DNA of 64,000 nt from a bacterium (GTDB taxonomy: Bacteria; Myxococcota_A; Bradymonadia; REDH01): assembly GCA_030427825.1 (NCBI GenBank), contig JAUICO010000001.1, forward strand, positions 30,293 through 94,292, read 5' to 3'. Both the position numbers and the translations under genes were made by a program. Below the pieces are notes generated by a model. The model saw only the letters and a list, made by a program, of their open reading frames with translations. It had not been told where the DNA came from and searched no databases. Shown here in pieces: positions 28,968 through 38,852 of the stretch; positions within the stretch are counted from its first letter, which is position 1, and every line of letters starts with the position of its first letter.

Positions 28968-30479
28968 ATGACTGAGTCGCGATTTTTCTGTCCGGTTAGC
29001 GCCCGCCTCACGGCCGGAAACGCCCCTCTATACACGCCGATCGACGTGCCTCCGGGTCGTCTGGGGGAAGATGGACCGGACCTCGCGGAGATCGCCGTCG
29101 AAGTCGGTGAGCGCATCGGTATCGAAGATCCGGCATCGTCCGATGCGTGTTTCGCAGCGTTCGCAGGCTCGCCGGGAGTCGTGCTTGTTTCGCGTGAACC
29201 CTTCGACGTCCTGGACCTCGAAGAGATCACCGCCGACCTGATCGGCGCCGTTGCGCACCGAGAGCTGACCGGAGTGCGGCGCGTCCAGGTTACCGGCAGC
29301 GGCCACGTTTTTGTGTGGTTGGATTTTCAGCCGGTTTGCGGACTTGTGAGCACGCCGGGAGAGATTCGCGCGCTCTTCGACGACCTGAAGGCGCTCCACG
29401 CCGCCGGTCTCGTACACGGCGGCATCAACGACCGCTTCATCAACCCCTCGAACCCCACCGGTCGCCGTGTATTCGGTACCGGTCTCGCGTCTGCGTATGC
29501 CGCGTGGCGCCGCGCAGCGGGCATTGAGCTGGGCGACCTGACGGCGGATCCCCGCTTCGCGTCCCCCGGTGAGCTGAGCGGCGAGGGCCCGTCCGAAGAA
29601 GGCGACAGATTCGCGCTGGCAGCGATCGCAGTCACTGAGATGCAGGCAGGCGATGACGCGGGAGCCACGGCTCCGGTGCAGGGCATCAACGCATTTCTCG
29701 ACCGCTCCGGTGCCCGCGCGTCCCTGCTCTCGCGGGCTGAAGAGTTGGGTGACCGGACGGCCTCTCCGATTCTCAAAGCTGCGCTTGAAGGCGCGCCGCC
29801 GAAGTCCTTTCCGATCTGGCGGGCCGGGTTGGCCGCGCTGGCCGTGCTCCTTCTGGCGGGCCAGTGCATGCAGGTGATGCGTCGTCCGGCCCCGGCCCCG
29901 GCCCCGGTAATTGCCGGCGGTGAAGTGGACCCCGTTCGATGCAACGGCCCCGGCGTGCAACTCATTGGCGATGAGTGTCGTCTCGACGCGAACGTGGGCC
30001 GCTGCGGAGACAACACCTACTTCGACCCCATGTCAGCCAGCTGCCTCGCCATCGCGCCGCGACGTGAGGCAAACGACGACCCGATCGATGATACGCCTCG
30101 GCGCCGGGCAGACACCGGCGCCGTCGCTTCTGCCTGGATTCACCCCGTCATGGAGTGCAACCCCTCGCAGCGATTGATCGTCGAGAAGATCTCTTTCTCG
30201 AACGATGACATCAATCTCTCGATCGGTGAGAAAGGAACCATCGCGCGCCAGGCGGCGTACTGCCAGGGCGAGGCTGAGGTCATCTATTACACCAGCGTGC
30301 CGGGACTCGAGGACCGAGCGCGAACCATTTACGAAGAGTTTCGCTCTTCGTCCCACTGTAGCGACGAATGCCGCGCGCGGCTGCCCGAAGTACCCACAGC
30401 GATCGTGTATGTGCCGTACATCGGGCTCATCGAGCGTGCCAACGACCACTACCTGATGTTTCACTGCTGCGCGTCTTGA
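28968..30479 (+). CDS. single-pass membrane protein with cytoplasmic degenerate kinase-like (pseudokinase) domain and extracytoplasmic Cys-rich domain
   Basis: LKALHAAGLVHGGINDRFINP aligns to the kinase catalytic loop with HRD replaced by HGG. GTG replaces DFG. TM segment PIWRAGLAALAVLLLAGQ. C-terminal region with about 14 Cys. Confidence 0.5.
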   Translation: MTESRFFCPVSARLTAGNAPLYTPIDVPPGRLGEDGPDLAEIAVEVGERIGIEDPASSDACFAAFAGSPGVVLVSREPFDVLDLEEITADLIGAVAHRELTGVRRVQVTGSGHVFVWLDFQPVCGLVSTPGEIRALFDDLKALHAAGLVHGGINDRFINPSNPTGRRVFGTGLASAYAAWRRAAGIELGDLTADPRFASPGELSGEGPSEEGDRFALAAIAVTEMQAGDDAGATAPVQGINAFLDRSGARASLLSRAEELGDRTASPILKAALEGAPPKSFPIWRAGLAALAVLLLAGQCMQVMRRPAPAPAPVIAGGEVDPVRCNGPGVQLIGDECRLDANVGRCGDNTYFDPMSASCLAIAPRREANDDPIDDTPRRRADTGAVASAWIHPVMECNPSQRLIVEKISFSNDDINLSIGEKGTIARQAAYCQGEAEVIYYTSVPGLEDRARTIYEEFRSSSHCSDECRARLPEVPTAIVYVPYIGLIERANDHYLMFHCCAS

Positions 30480-31858
30480 ACCCGACGGGCCAGAGGAGCG
30501 GCGTCGGTCTGAACGACCCGATTCCGCAACATCAGCGTGTCGCAGTGTTTGGTTTGGGCGCGTCCGGGCGCGCCGCCTGCCGTCTGCTGACAGCGCTCGG
30601 CAAGTCCGTTGTGGCGTGCGACAGCCGCACCGGGCTGTCATGCGACGACCTGCCTGACTCCGTAATCGTTGTGCAGGGCAGGCTCTCATTGGAGGGCGCG
30701 ACGACCGTGGTCCTGTCACCATCGCTGAATCCCGACTGGCCGGAGAACGCAGCGAAGAACGAGCTCGCGCCGGTGTATGCGGCGTGGCGGGACGGCTCTC
30801 TCGATCTCTGGTCCGAGGTCGAGTTGGGCATGTGTGCTTTCGCCGGAAACATCGTCACCGTGGGCGGAACAGACGGAAAGTCGACAACCGCGGCGCTGTG
30901 CGCCCATCTCGCCCGGGCGTCGGGCGTCGATGTGCTGCTCGGCGGAAACTCGTGGACCGCGTTCAGCGACGTGCTGCTGCAGAACCCCGCCGCCGACCTG
31001 GCAGTAGTTGAGGTCAGCGCTTTTCAGAGCTGGGCCGGTCACCGGATGAAACCCGACGCGGCGATCCTGACAAACATCGCGGCCGACCACCTGGACCACT
31101 ACGCAGATGAAGCGGACTATGTAGAGGCGAAACGCCTGATTACCGCGAACCTGGGCATCGGCAGCGCGGTGGTCCTGTGGTCCGGCGATCGGCGGCTTGC
31201 ATCGTGGGTCGACGAGCTCGAGGCTCGCGGCGTGTGTGTTGTTGGGTACGACGGGGCGACCCCCGCGCCGCCCCCTGGGGTGACGGGTACACCGCCGGCC
31301 TGGGACGACGCGCTGCGTGTGCCGGGCGCACACAACCGTCGAAACGCCGCGGCCGCGTTCGAAGCCCTCCGCGCGGTCGGTGTTTGGAAGAGCGAGACCC
31401 ACGAAGCCATGTGGTCGTCGCTGCAATCTTTCGGCGGGCTTCCACATCGCATTCAGTTCGTTCGGGAGCTGGACGGTGTGTGGTGGTACAATGACTCGAA
31501 AGCCACAAACGTACACGCTGCCTGTGTGGGACTCCGCGCGATCGACAGGCCGCTCGTGGCGATCGTAGGCGGTGTCGACAAGGGCCTCGACCTTGTTCCG
31601 CTGATCGAGACACTGAGAAATAGGGCTCACGATGTCCTCGTAATCGGTGAGCTTCGTGAACGATTCTGCGCCGAAGCCGACGGTGCACTCACGACACACC
31701 CTGTCGAGACTCTCGAAGAAGCGATCACTCTGGCTCGCAGACTCGCCAACGACGGAGACGCCGTGACCCTGGCACCGGCATCGTCATCGTTTGATATGTT
31801 TGCGAGCTTCGGTGATCGGGGCGATCAGTTCGCGGCCGGCGTGCAGGCGCTCAGGTAG
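30476..31858 (+). CDS. murD: UDP-N-acetylmuramoyl-L-alanine--D-glutamate ligase (MurD family)
   Basis: Motifs VAVFGLGASG, GGTDGKSTT, VVEVSAFQS, NIAADHLDHY, and C-terminal HRIQFVRELDGVWWYNDSKATN...AIVGGVDKG. TTG at 30476 overlaps the upstream stop as TTGA. The ATG at 30368 would add 36 aa and overlap the upstream gene by 112 nt. Confidence 0.8.
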   Translation: MNPTGQRSGVGLNDPIPQHQRVAVFGLGASGRAACRLLTALGKSVVACDSRTGLSCDDLPDSVIVVQGRLSLEGATTVVLSPSLNPDWPENAAKNELAPVYAAWRDGSLDLWSEVELGMCAFAGNIVTVGGTDGKSTTAALCAHLARASGVDVLLGGNSWTAFSDVLLQNPAADLAVVEVSAFQSWAGHRMKPDAAILTNIAADHLDHYADEADYVEAKRLITANLGIGSAVVLWSGDRRLASWVDELEARGVCVVGYDGATPAPPPGVTGTPPAWDDALRVPGAHNRRNAAAAFEALRAVGVWKSETHEAMWSSLQSFGGLPHRIQFVRELDGVWWYNDSKATNVHAACVGLRAIDRPLVAIVGGVDKGLDLVPLIETLRNRAHDVLVIGELRERFCAEADGALTTHPVETLEEAITLARRLANDGDAVTLAPASSSFDMFASFGDRGDQFAAGVQALR

Positions 31859-31863
31859 GCGTT

Positions 31864-31890
31864 CGCCCCTGCGGGGCGTTTCGTTACTTT
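31864..31890 (+). terminator. Rho-independent terminator downstream of murD
   Basis: Perfect hairpin CGCCCC-tgc-GGGGCG followed by a tract that becomes a U-rich run in the transcript (TTTCGTTACTTTC). Confidence 0.5.
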
Positions 31891-31984
31891 CTGCCGTGGG
31901 CGTCAGTCTGCGACAGGAGACGCTTCACAATGCAGCCGGGCAGCCTGGCAGCCGGCGACGCCCTTCGCGCTACTGCGTGCAGTC

Positions 31985-32487
31985 TCAGGTCTCGCGCAGC
32001 TCGTAGCGCGCTACCAGCGCCATCGTGAGCAGAATACCGAGCAGGAAGAGGCCGCCTGCGTATCCGAACACAGCGAAGGCTTCTTTGGCTTCATCGCGTC
32101 CCATCGCGGGTCCGTAAATTCCCGCGAACAACCACACGAAGGGATAGAGAAATCCGCCCGCCGCCGTAAGATACGCGGCGGAGAGCTTCAGCCTCTCAGG
32201 TGCTTTGACGCGCCCGAGCAGTAGCAGCACCCCGAGCACCATCGCGCCGATACCGGTCGCATGGAAGTGAAAGCGTTGGTAGTAGCGCCAGTTCTTGCCT
32301 GTCTCAGCTTCGATCATCGCCGACTTCTCAACAGGATCCTCTATTGCCTGTATTTGTTCGTTGCGTTCCAGGCCGGCCGCGATCCTGTCCTTGAACATGT
32401 CTTCGTTCACGCCGAAGAAGATTGCGATGAGGACGCCACCGGCCATTGCTCCGAGGGCGAGTAGAAACGGAATCTTATTGAGCATTG
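31985..32487 (-). CDS. integral membrane protein (4 TM), unknown function
   Basis: Probable start at MLNKIPFLLALGAMAGG (32487). The ORF-track N-terminal extension is Arg-rich junk. Confidence 0.5.
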
Positions 32488-32908
32488 TATGTCTCCGGTC
32501 TGGGTGATGCCTGCGGATTTCTCCGCCAAAGTCTCGTGCTTCTCTGCCCTTCCGCATTGCTCGGACGCCCATCATCGCGCCCGGGACCCGGTCGGAGCGG
32601 TGGGCCGCCGCACGACCGCCGCCCGCGCCGTATGTTTGTTGCAAACATCGGCACCGGCATCGGCCATGTCGAGCGCGCGATCGACGGTAGGTTCAGCAAG
32701 GTGGTGCAGGTAGAGTCGCCCGGGCGCGGCTCCTTTCAGCCCCGGGCCTGGGGTTCTCGTCTGTCAGTGGATAGAAAGCTCGGCAAAAGAGTGCCGCAGA
32801 CACCGTTCGCTTTCGTAGCTGACGGCCCCGCACCGCCGAAATCAAATATCCGGTTGGATTCCTAACACGGCTACGTTTGCTGTGCGTGTGTAGCACTCGA
32901 GGTTTGGC

Positions 32909-34372
32909 ATGCTCAGTAGAATCTATCCGATCGCCCTCATCTCCCTCTGCTTCGCAGTTCCCGCCTGCACTGGTGATGACGCTGAAGGGAATGACACCGG
33001 GAGTGACACCGGGAGTGACACGGGCGCAGACGTCGAAGCTGACGGGATATCCGCCCCTGTGTTCGAAGCGAGGTCCGTTGAAGTCGGTATTCTCATCGTC
33101 AACGAGGACGGCGACACCGTGTTCGATCCCGTCGGCTCCGAGGTGTGTGTATTCGAATACCCGGACGAAGATACCTGTGGCGTCGTCGGCGTCGCCGGAG
33201 GAGATGCGCTTGCCGAGATACAGGCCCCGGTGGGTGAGCGTTTCCGCATCGTGATTCGTGGCGAAGGCCTCACGCCTTCGCTGACCCAGGTCAACGCCGA
33301 ACACAGTGCCGATGCCCCCCTGCTGGCTCTGGCGACTCCTGAGTCGGCTGTGGACACCACGTACAGCCGGGCAGAGGTCTCGTATTCAGACGAATTGGGA
33401 ACATCGATCTTCTTGATGCTTCCGGACACCGTCGACGCCCGCGCGTTCCATGGTGCGACGGCAACGGTTGTTTCCGGTGGTTCGGCGACAGTGGTGTACT
33501 CAGACGAAGAATCCAACTTCGACCCGGCCGCTACCGAAACGGACGGCTTCGGCACGATCGGACTCTTCGGAGCATCGCCCGGCGAGATCGGAGTTCGCGT
33601 CGACCACCCTCTCAGTGCCTGCACAGCGGCGCACCGCGGCGCATGGGACCGAGCAGACGAGAGCGGGCAGTTCGACGTGCTGATCGAGCCTGACATGGTC
33701 ACAATCAGTATCGTGGGTTGCGGAGACTTCGCCGCTCAGGACGACATGGAGTGCGGTGTGACATCCGACGATTGTCCGGACAGCGCCGCCAAGTGCCGAG
33801 TGCACTTCTTCGAGGCGGTTGATGGCGGCAGTGCCACGGGTACCACGTGCGTCGCGCCAGGCGATCGGGAGCTCGACGAGACCTGCGAGCGTCCCACCGG
33901 GGAATCTGGTGCGGACGACTGCGAGGCCGGACTTTATTGCGCAAACTTCGACCTCTCGCCGGGCGAACCTCGAGTCTGCCGAGAGCTCTGTCTGGAAAAC
34001 GCCGAGTGTGACAACGGCTTCACCTGTCACGGCATGGGGGGTGGCGCGGGGCGCGCGCCCGGCCTCTGCTTGCCGACCTGTTCGCCCTTCGAGCCGCGGT
34101 GCGCCGAAGGATTGACGTGCGTTCCGTTCCGAACGGCGACTTCGGAGCAGATCCAGGATTACGGGTTCTGCTGGTTCTCAGGCGACCTGGAGCCTGGCGC
34201 ATCATGCGCCCTCGATCAGGACGGGTGCGCCGACGGTACCGCCTGCGTCCCCTGGTCTGACGGCGCAAGATACTGCTCTGCCGCCTGCGATGACACGCAC
34301 CCCTGCGACAGCGGGGACTGTGTATTCGACGAGGACGGCGGCTTTCAACTGTGGGGCTTCTGCCGAGAGTAG
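32909..34372 (+). CDS. Cys-rich secreted lipoprotein with TGSDTGSDTG acidic repeat
   Basis: Signal peptide with lipobox (LISLCFAVPAC). About 30 Cys concentrated in the C-terminal third (CxxxxC spacing). Confidence 0.6.
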   Translation: MLSRIYPIALISLCFAVPACTGDDAEGNDTGSDTGSDTGADVEADGISAPVFEARSVEVGILIVNEDGDTVFDPVGSEVCVFEYPDEDTCGVVGVAGGDALAEIQAPVGERFRIVIRGEGLTPSLTQVNAEHSADAPLLALATPESAVDTTYSRAEVSYSDELGTSIFLMLPDTVDARAFHGATATVVSGGSATVVYSDEESNFDPAATETDGFGTIGLFGASPGEIGVRVDHPLSACTAAHRGAWDRADESGQFDVLIEPDMVTISIVGCGDFAAQDDMECGVTSDDCPDSAAKCRVHFFEAVDGGSATGTTCVAPGDRELDETCERPTGESGADDCEAGLYCANFDLSPGEPRVCRELCLENAECDNGFTCHGMGGGAGRAPGLCLPTCSPFEPRCAEGLTCVPFRTATSEQIQDYGFCWFSGDLEPGASCALDQDGCADGTACVPWSDGARYCSAACDDTHPCDSGDCVFDEDGGFQLWGFCRE

Positions 34373-34635
34373 TTCGTCGGGAGTGAGTCTTGAGGCCCCG
34401 GACGAGAGGCTCGCTGTCCCCGAACAGTCACGACGCCGGTTCAAAGGTGTTTCGCGCCTGCTCAGCCCGGGGAGGGACCGGAGGCTGTGTGACGGGTGCA
34501 TCGCGGATTTGCGCACATGGCGGGTCCTGCCATGCAGGCGAGGGGGCAGATAGCCGCTGCAAAAGGAAGCAGAGTGATTAGGTAGGTGGCCATGAACAGT
34601 GACCCCCACCGCGCTCATCGCACTGGAAGAAGGCT

Positions 34636-35889
34636 TTGCAGTTAGTTGCCAATTGGTTCGAAGGCCTGGGGATCAGCACGGCGATCGCCGTCGCGCTTAC
34701 CCGAGTCATATTCGTGGTGCTCGTCATCGCGCTCAGCTTCGCCGTCAATCTCGTTACAAAGCGGCTGTTCGCGCGCACCGCAGGTCGGATCATAGCGGCC
34801 TCGAGGACTACCTGGGACGACGCGCTTCTGCGTCATGGCGTACTGACGCGCCTGTCGCATCTTGCCGCGGCGATCACCTTTTACCTGTTAATGCCGCTGG
34901 TATTCAGTGGACGACCGGACTGGGTCGCGCCGGTCCTGGCGGGAGCGCAGATCTACGCGTTGGTGATGGTCATCCTCGCCCTCGGGTCGATGCTCGACGC
35001 CGGGGTTGATGTCTACGAGACCTTCGACATCGCCGACCGGATTCCGATCACAGGATTCGTACAGGTCGCGAAGCTGCTGATCTACTTCGCAGGAGGTCTG
35101 GTCTTCCTCTCGATCGTTGTCGACAAGACACCGTTGATTCTGCTCAGCGGCCTGGGGGCATTTGCTGCGGTCCTGATGGTCATTTTCCATGACGCGATCC
35201 TGGGCTTCGTGGCCGGAATTCAGCTCACCGCCAACCGGATGGTGGCCCGCGGCGACTGGATCGAGATGCCGAAGTACCAGGCAGACGGCGTTGTCATCGA
35301 GGTCTCTTTGACGACAGTCAAGGTGCAGAACTGGGACAAGACGATCACGACGATCCCCACGTATGCGCTAATCAGCGAGTCGTTCAAGAACTGGCGTGGG
35401 ATGTCTGACGCGAACGCGCGACGCATCAAGAGGGCCATCAGGATCGACATAGACTCGATCCGCTTCTGTACCGATGAGATGCTAGAGCGCTATGCAAGGA
35501 TTCAGTTTATCAGCGAGTATATCGAACGGAAGAAGCGGGAGCTGCTGGAGCACAACGCACGCTCCCGCGCAGAACCCTCGAGCCTGGCGAACGGCCGTCG
35601 GCTGACAAACATCGGGACCTTTCGGGCGTACGTGCACGCGTATCTCGAGAACCACCCCAATATCGTGCAGGGGATGACCTTCCTCGTACGGCAGCTCGAG
35701 CCTTCTGAGGTCGGCGTTCCCATCGAGATCTATGTGTTTTGCGATGACACGGCGTGGGTTCGCTACGAAGCGATTCAGTCGGATATCTTCGACCACCTGC
35801 TGGCAGTTGTGCCGGAGTTCGATCTGCGCGTGTTCCAGAATCCGACAGGCGCGGACATTCGGATTCTCGGCGCCGCGCCGGCGGTCTGA
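34636..35889 (+). CDS. mechanosensitive ion channel, MscS family
   Basis: N-terminal TM helices, then the MscS core LTANRMVARGDWIEMPKYQADGVVIEVSLTTVKVQNWDKTITTIPTYAL. Confidence 0.8.
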   Translation: MQLVANWFEGLGISTAIAVALTRVIFVVLVIALSFAVNLVTKRLFARTAGRIIAASRTTWDDALLRHGVLTRLSHLAAAITFYLLMPLVFSGRPDWVAPVLAGAQIYALVMVILALGSMLDAGVDVYETFDIADRIPITGFVQVAKLLIYFAGGLVFLSIVVDKTPLILLSGLGAFAAVLMVIFHDAILGFVAGIQLTANRMVARGDWIEMPKYQADGVVIEVSLTTVKVQNWDKTITTIPTYALISESFKNWRGMSDANARRIKRAIRIDIDSIRFCTDEMLERYARIQFISEYIERKKRELLEHNARSRAEPSSLANGRRLTNIGTFRAYVHAYLENHPNIVQGMTFLVRQLEPSEVGVPIEIYVFCDDTAWVRYEAIQSDIFDHLLAVVPEFDLRVFQNPTGADIRILGAAPAV

Positions 35890-35937
35890 GTCAACCGACC
35901 TCAAGGTGTTCAGAGTCGACAGGCATGGGACGGCGCT

Positions 35938-37521
35938 TCAACCCGGGGACGGTCCATCGTCGATGCTGATAATTGTGTCCCGGGGTGACGGCAGGCGACC
36001 GGGGTGATCCAGATTGTAGTGCAGGCCGCGGCTCTCTGTGCGTCGGCGGGCCGACTCGATGATCAGGTGTGCGACCAGCGCGATGTTACGAAGCTCGAGC
36101 AGCTCGGGAGTCACCAGGCAGTCCCAGTAGTATTCTCGAATCTCGGCGCGGATCAATTCAATGCGCCGGCGGGCGCGCTCCAGGCGGCGGTCCGAGCGCA
36201 CGATACCGACGTAGTTCCACATCAGGCCGCGAATCTCCTCCCAGTTCTGTCGGATAACAACGGCCTCATCGCTATCGACTGCGTTGCCGGGCTCCCAGGG
36301 ATCTACCGTCGTCGGCTTGACCGGAGTCAGCTCGTCGAGAATCCCGGCAGCCCGGTCTGCGAAGACCAGCGCTTCGAGGAGGGAATTCGAGGCGAGCCGA
36401 CACGCACCATGAAGGCCGGTGCAGGCGTTCTCGCCGATCGCCAGCAGGTTGCGAACGCTCGATCGACCCCGGGAATCGACGTTGATGCCGCCACACACGT
36501 AGTGGGCCCCCGGCACGACGGGAATCCACTGCTCTCGCATATCGATGCCCAGCTCAAGACAGCGGCGATGAATCCCCGGAAACCGCTCGACCACCTCGAC
36601 CGGGTCCAGGTGCGTCATGTCGAGAAACACACTCTCTTCACCGCTGCGGGTCAGGTGCATGTCGATCGCGCGTGCGACCACATCTCGCGGCGCCAGCGAG
36701 CCCCGCGGGTGCACGTCCTTCATGAAGGCCGTACCGTTGGCCGTGCGCAGCTCGCCACCCTCGCCGCGCAGCGCCTCGCTGATCAGGAAACTCTTCGCGT
36801 ACGGGTGCGCCAGTAAGGTCGGGTGGAACTGCAGAAACTCCATATTCGCGATCTCGGCGCCGGCCCGATATGCCATCGCGATGCTGTCGCCGGTCGATAC
36901 ACCCGGATTTGATGTGTAGCGATACACCTGGCCGGCGCCCCCCGCCGCCAGCACGACATGGTCAGCGACCACCCGATCGATATGACCCGTCGCCCTGTCC
37001 AGGATGTATGCACCCATGCAGGCCCGTTCGTCGTCGGGTGTACGCGACATCAGGAGATCGACGGCGATGGCGTTGGCGAGCATGCGCACATTCGGGTGCG
37101 CGCTGACCCGGGCGAGAAGCGCCTGCTGGATCGCCTGCCCCGTCAGGTCTGCCACGTGGGCTACGCGGCGCTCTGAATGGCCGCCCTCACGGCCCAGGTC
37201 CAGGCTCCCGTCGGCGCCGCGCGCGAAGTCCACGCCCAACTCGATGAGCCTGCGCACATGACGCGGTCCGTTCGCGACCGTGAGGCGAACAATGTCTTCC
37301 CGACACAGTCCCACACCGACTCTGAGGGTGTCCGCAACGTGGCTTTCGTCCGAATCGTCAGGCCCCAGGTTGGCGGCGACACCGCCCTGTGCCACCGATG
37401 TGGATCCGTCGGCGGGCGAAGCCTTGGTGACAATCAGGACGGGACCGTGGTCTGCTGCCTGCAAGGCAAAGTACAGCCCTGCGAGGCCGCTACCGATCAC
37501 CAGAGAGCGCGTAGTTTCCAT
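35938..37521 (-). CDS. nadB: L-aspartate oxidase
   Basis: FAD motif SLVIGSGLAGL and succinate-dehydrogenase/fumarate-reductase flavoprotein-like motifs (RGEGG, HYxxGG). Start at METTRS (37521) is more plausible than 37557. Confidence 0.85.
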   Translation of the reverse strand: METTRSLVIGSGLAGLYFALQAADHGPVLIVTKASPADGSTSVAQGGVAANLGPDDSDESHVADTLRVGVGLCREDIVRLTVANGPRHVRRLIELGVDFARGADGSLDLGREGGHSERRVAHVADLTGQAIQQALLARVSAHPNVRMLANAIAVDLLMSRTPDDERACMGAYILDRATGHIDRVVADHVVLAAGGAGQVYRYTSNPGVSTGDSIAMAYRAGAEIANMEFLQFHPTLLAHPYAKSFLISEALRGEGGELRTANGTAFMKDVHPRGSLAPRDVVARAIDMHLTRSGEESVFLDMTHLDPVEVVERFPGIHRRCLELGIDMREQWIPVVPGAHYVCGGINVDSRGRSSVRNLLAIGENACTGLHGACRLASNSLLEALVFADRAAGILDELTPVKPTTVDPWEPGNAVDSDEAVVIRQNWEEIRGLMWNYVGIVRSDRRLERARRRIELIRAEIREYYWDCLVTPELLELRNIALVAHLIIESARRRTESRGLHYNLDHPGRLPSPRDTIISIDDGPSPG

Positions 37522-37589
37522 GACGGCCCTCGTAGCCCTTTTCCGTCGCCATGACACCCTGTTATGTCGCGTCCAACCCAGCTGTGGAG

Positions 37590-38609
37590 ATGATCATGGA
37601 GACCAACTTTGACGAGCGATACACCCTGCCGGGCGTCGAAACGATCGACGACAGCCCGGAGAAGATCGCGGCCAAGATGGCGCGGATTCGTGAACTGGCA
37701 GAGCGCGAAGACGCCGTAATTCTCGCCCATAACTACATGCGCGCCGAGGTACAGGAGGTCGCCGACCTGATCGGCGATTCCCTCGGCCTCTCACAGGCCG
37801 CGGCCGAAACGGAGTCATCGACCATCGTCTTCTGCGGTGTTCACTTCATGGCTGAGACTGCGGCGATCCTCTCGCCGGACAAGCGCGTTCTGCTGCCGAC
37901 CCTGCGAGGCGGGTGTTCGCTCGCTGAGGCGATCACGTTGCGCGAGCTGCGCTCGATGAAGGCGGAGCACCCGGACGCCGTCGTAGTCGCATACGTGAAC
38001 ACAAGCGCCGAGATTAAGGCCGAGGTGGATTACTGCTGTACGTCGGCGAACGCGGCGAAGGTGGTAAATGCTATCGATGCCGACACCGAGATCATCTTCC
38101 TGCCGGACATGTATCTTGCCCAGGTCGTTCGCATGCAGACCGGCCGCGACAACATCATCGCGTATCCGGGCTACTGTCACGTACATCGGATGATCGATCC
38201 TGAGGATGTTGTCATGCTGATGCGGGAGCGGCCGGGCATCGAGCTGCTGCTGCATCCTGAATGTGGTTGCGTGTCCTCGTGCATGCAGAAGGCCGTCGAC
38301 GGCACGTTGCCCCAGGACCAGGTGTACTTCCTCTCCACCGAAGGCATGCTGCGCCACATCGAAGCCTCTGACGCACAGGAGTTCGCCGTCGGCACCGAAG
38401 TCGGAATCCTCCACCGTCTTCGCAAAGAGTTTCCGGACCGCAGCTTTGTGCCCGTTAACCCCGAGGCGGAGTGCGCGTTCATGAAGACCATCACGCTCGA
38501 TTCGATCATCGCGACGCTCGAAATCGGCGGCCCGGTGATTCGCGTCGCCCCCGAGACCGCAGCGCTTGCCCGCCGTTCCATAGACCGGATGCTTGCGGTC
38601 GGACGCTGA
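37590..38609 (+). CDS. nadA: quinolinate synthase
   Basis: NadA motifs ILAHNYM, CGVHFMAET and Cys ligands. Start at MIMETNF (37590). Divergent from nadB with a 68-bp shared promoter region. Confidence 0.85.
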   Translation: MIMETNFDERYTLPGVETIDDSPEKIAAKMARIRELAEREDAVILAHNYMRAEVQEVADLIGDSLGLSQAAAETESSTIVFCGVHFMAETAAILSPDKRVLLPTLRGGCSLAEAITLRELRSMKAEHPDAVVVAYVNTSAEIKAEVDYCCTSANAAKVVNAIDADTEIIFLPDMYLAQVVRMQTGRDNIIAYPGYCHVHRMIDPEDVVMLMRERPGIELLLHPECGCVSSCMQKAVDGTLPQDQVYFLSTEGMLRHIEASDAQEFAVGTEVGILHRLRKEFPDRSFVPVNPEAECAFMKTITLDSIIATLEIGGPVIRVAPETAALARRSIDRMLAVGR

Positions 38610-38852
38610 ATCCGGGCTCGTCCGCGCGGTGATCCGTCATCCGGAGACGCCAGTCACCCGGCCGCTTTGACCTGTCGTGACATCCACGGAGCCTGCCCGG
38701 TCACCGTACTGGTTCCAGGGAGTGACCGGCGCCGTACACGTGTGTGTTCGAGCACGAGGTGGCGGACTTCGATGCTCCGATGATGAGAAGCGTCGTTCAA
38801 CATTCCACGGGAGACCATGGCCGGGATGCGGCCAGGATCCGTCGGATCGCTC

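Noticed and set aside
30368-30475. ATG at 30368 as murD start (ORF-track call)
   Set aside because: It would add 36 residues not found in MurD N-termini and overlap the upstream gene by 112 nt. TTG at 30476 gives a canonical 20-aa lead before the GxGxxG motif with a TTGA coupling overlap.
35940-35990. Inverted repeat CCCGGGGAC ... GTCCCGGGG near the nadB 3' end
   Set aside because: It is imperfect (frame-shifted pairing), has a 26-nt loop and lies inside the nadB coding sequence. This is probably coincidental in GC-rich DNA.
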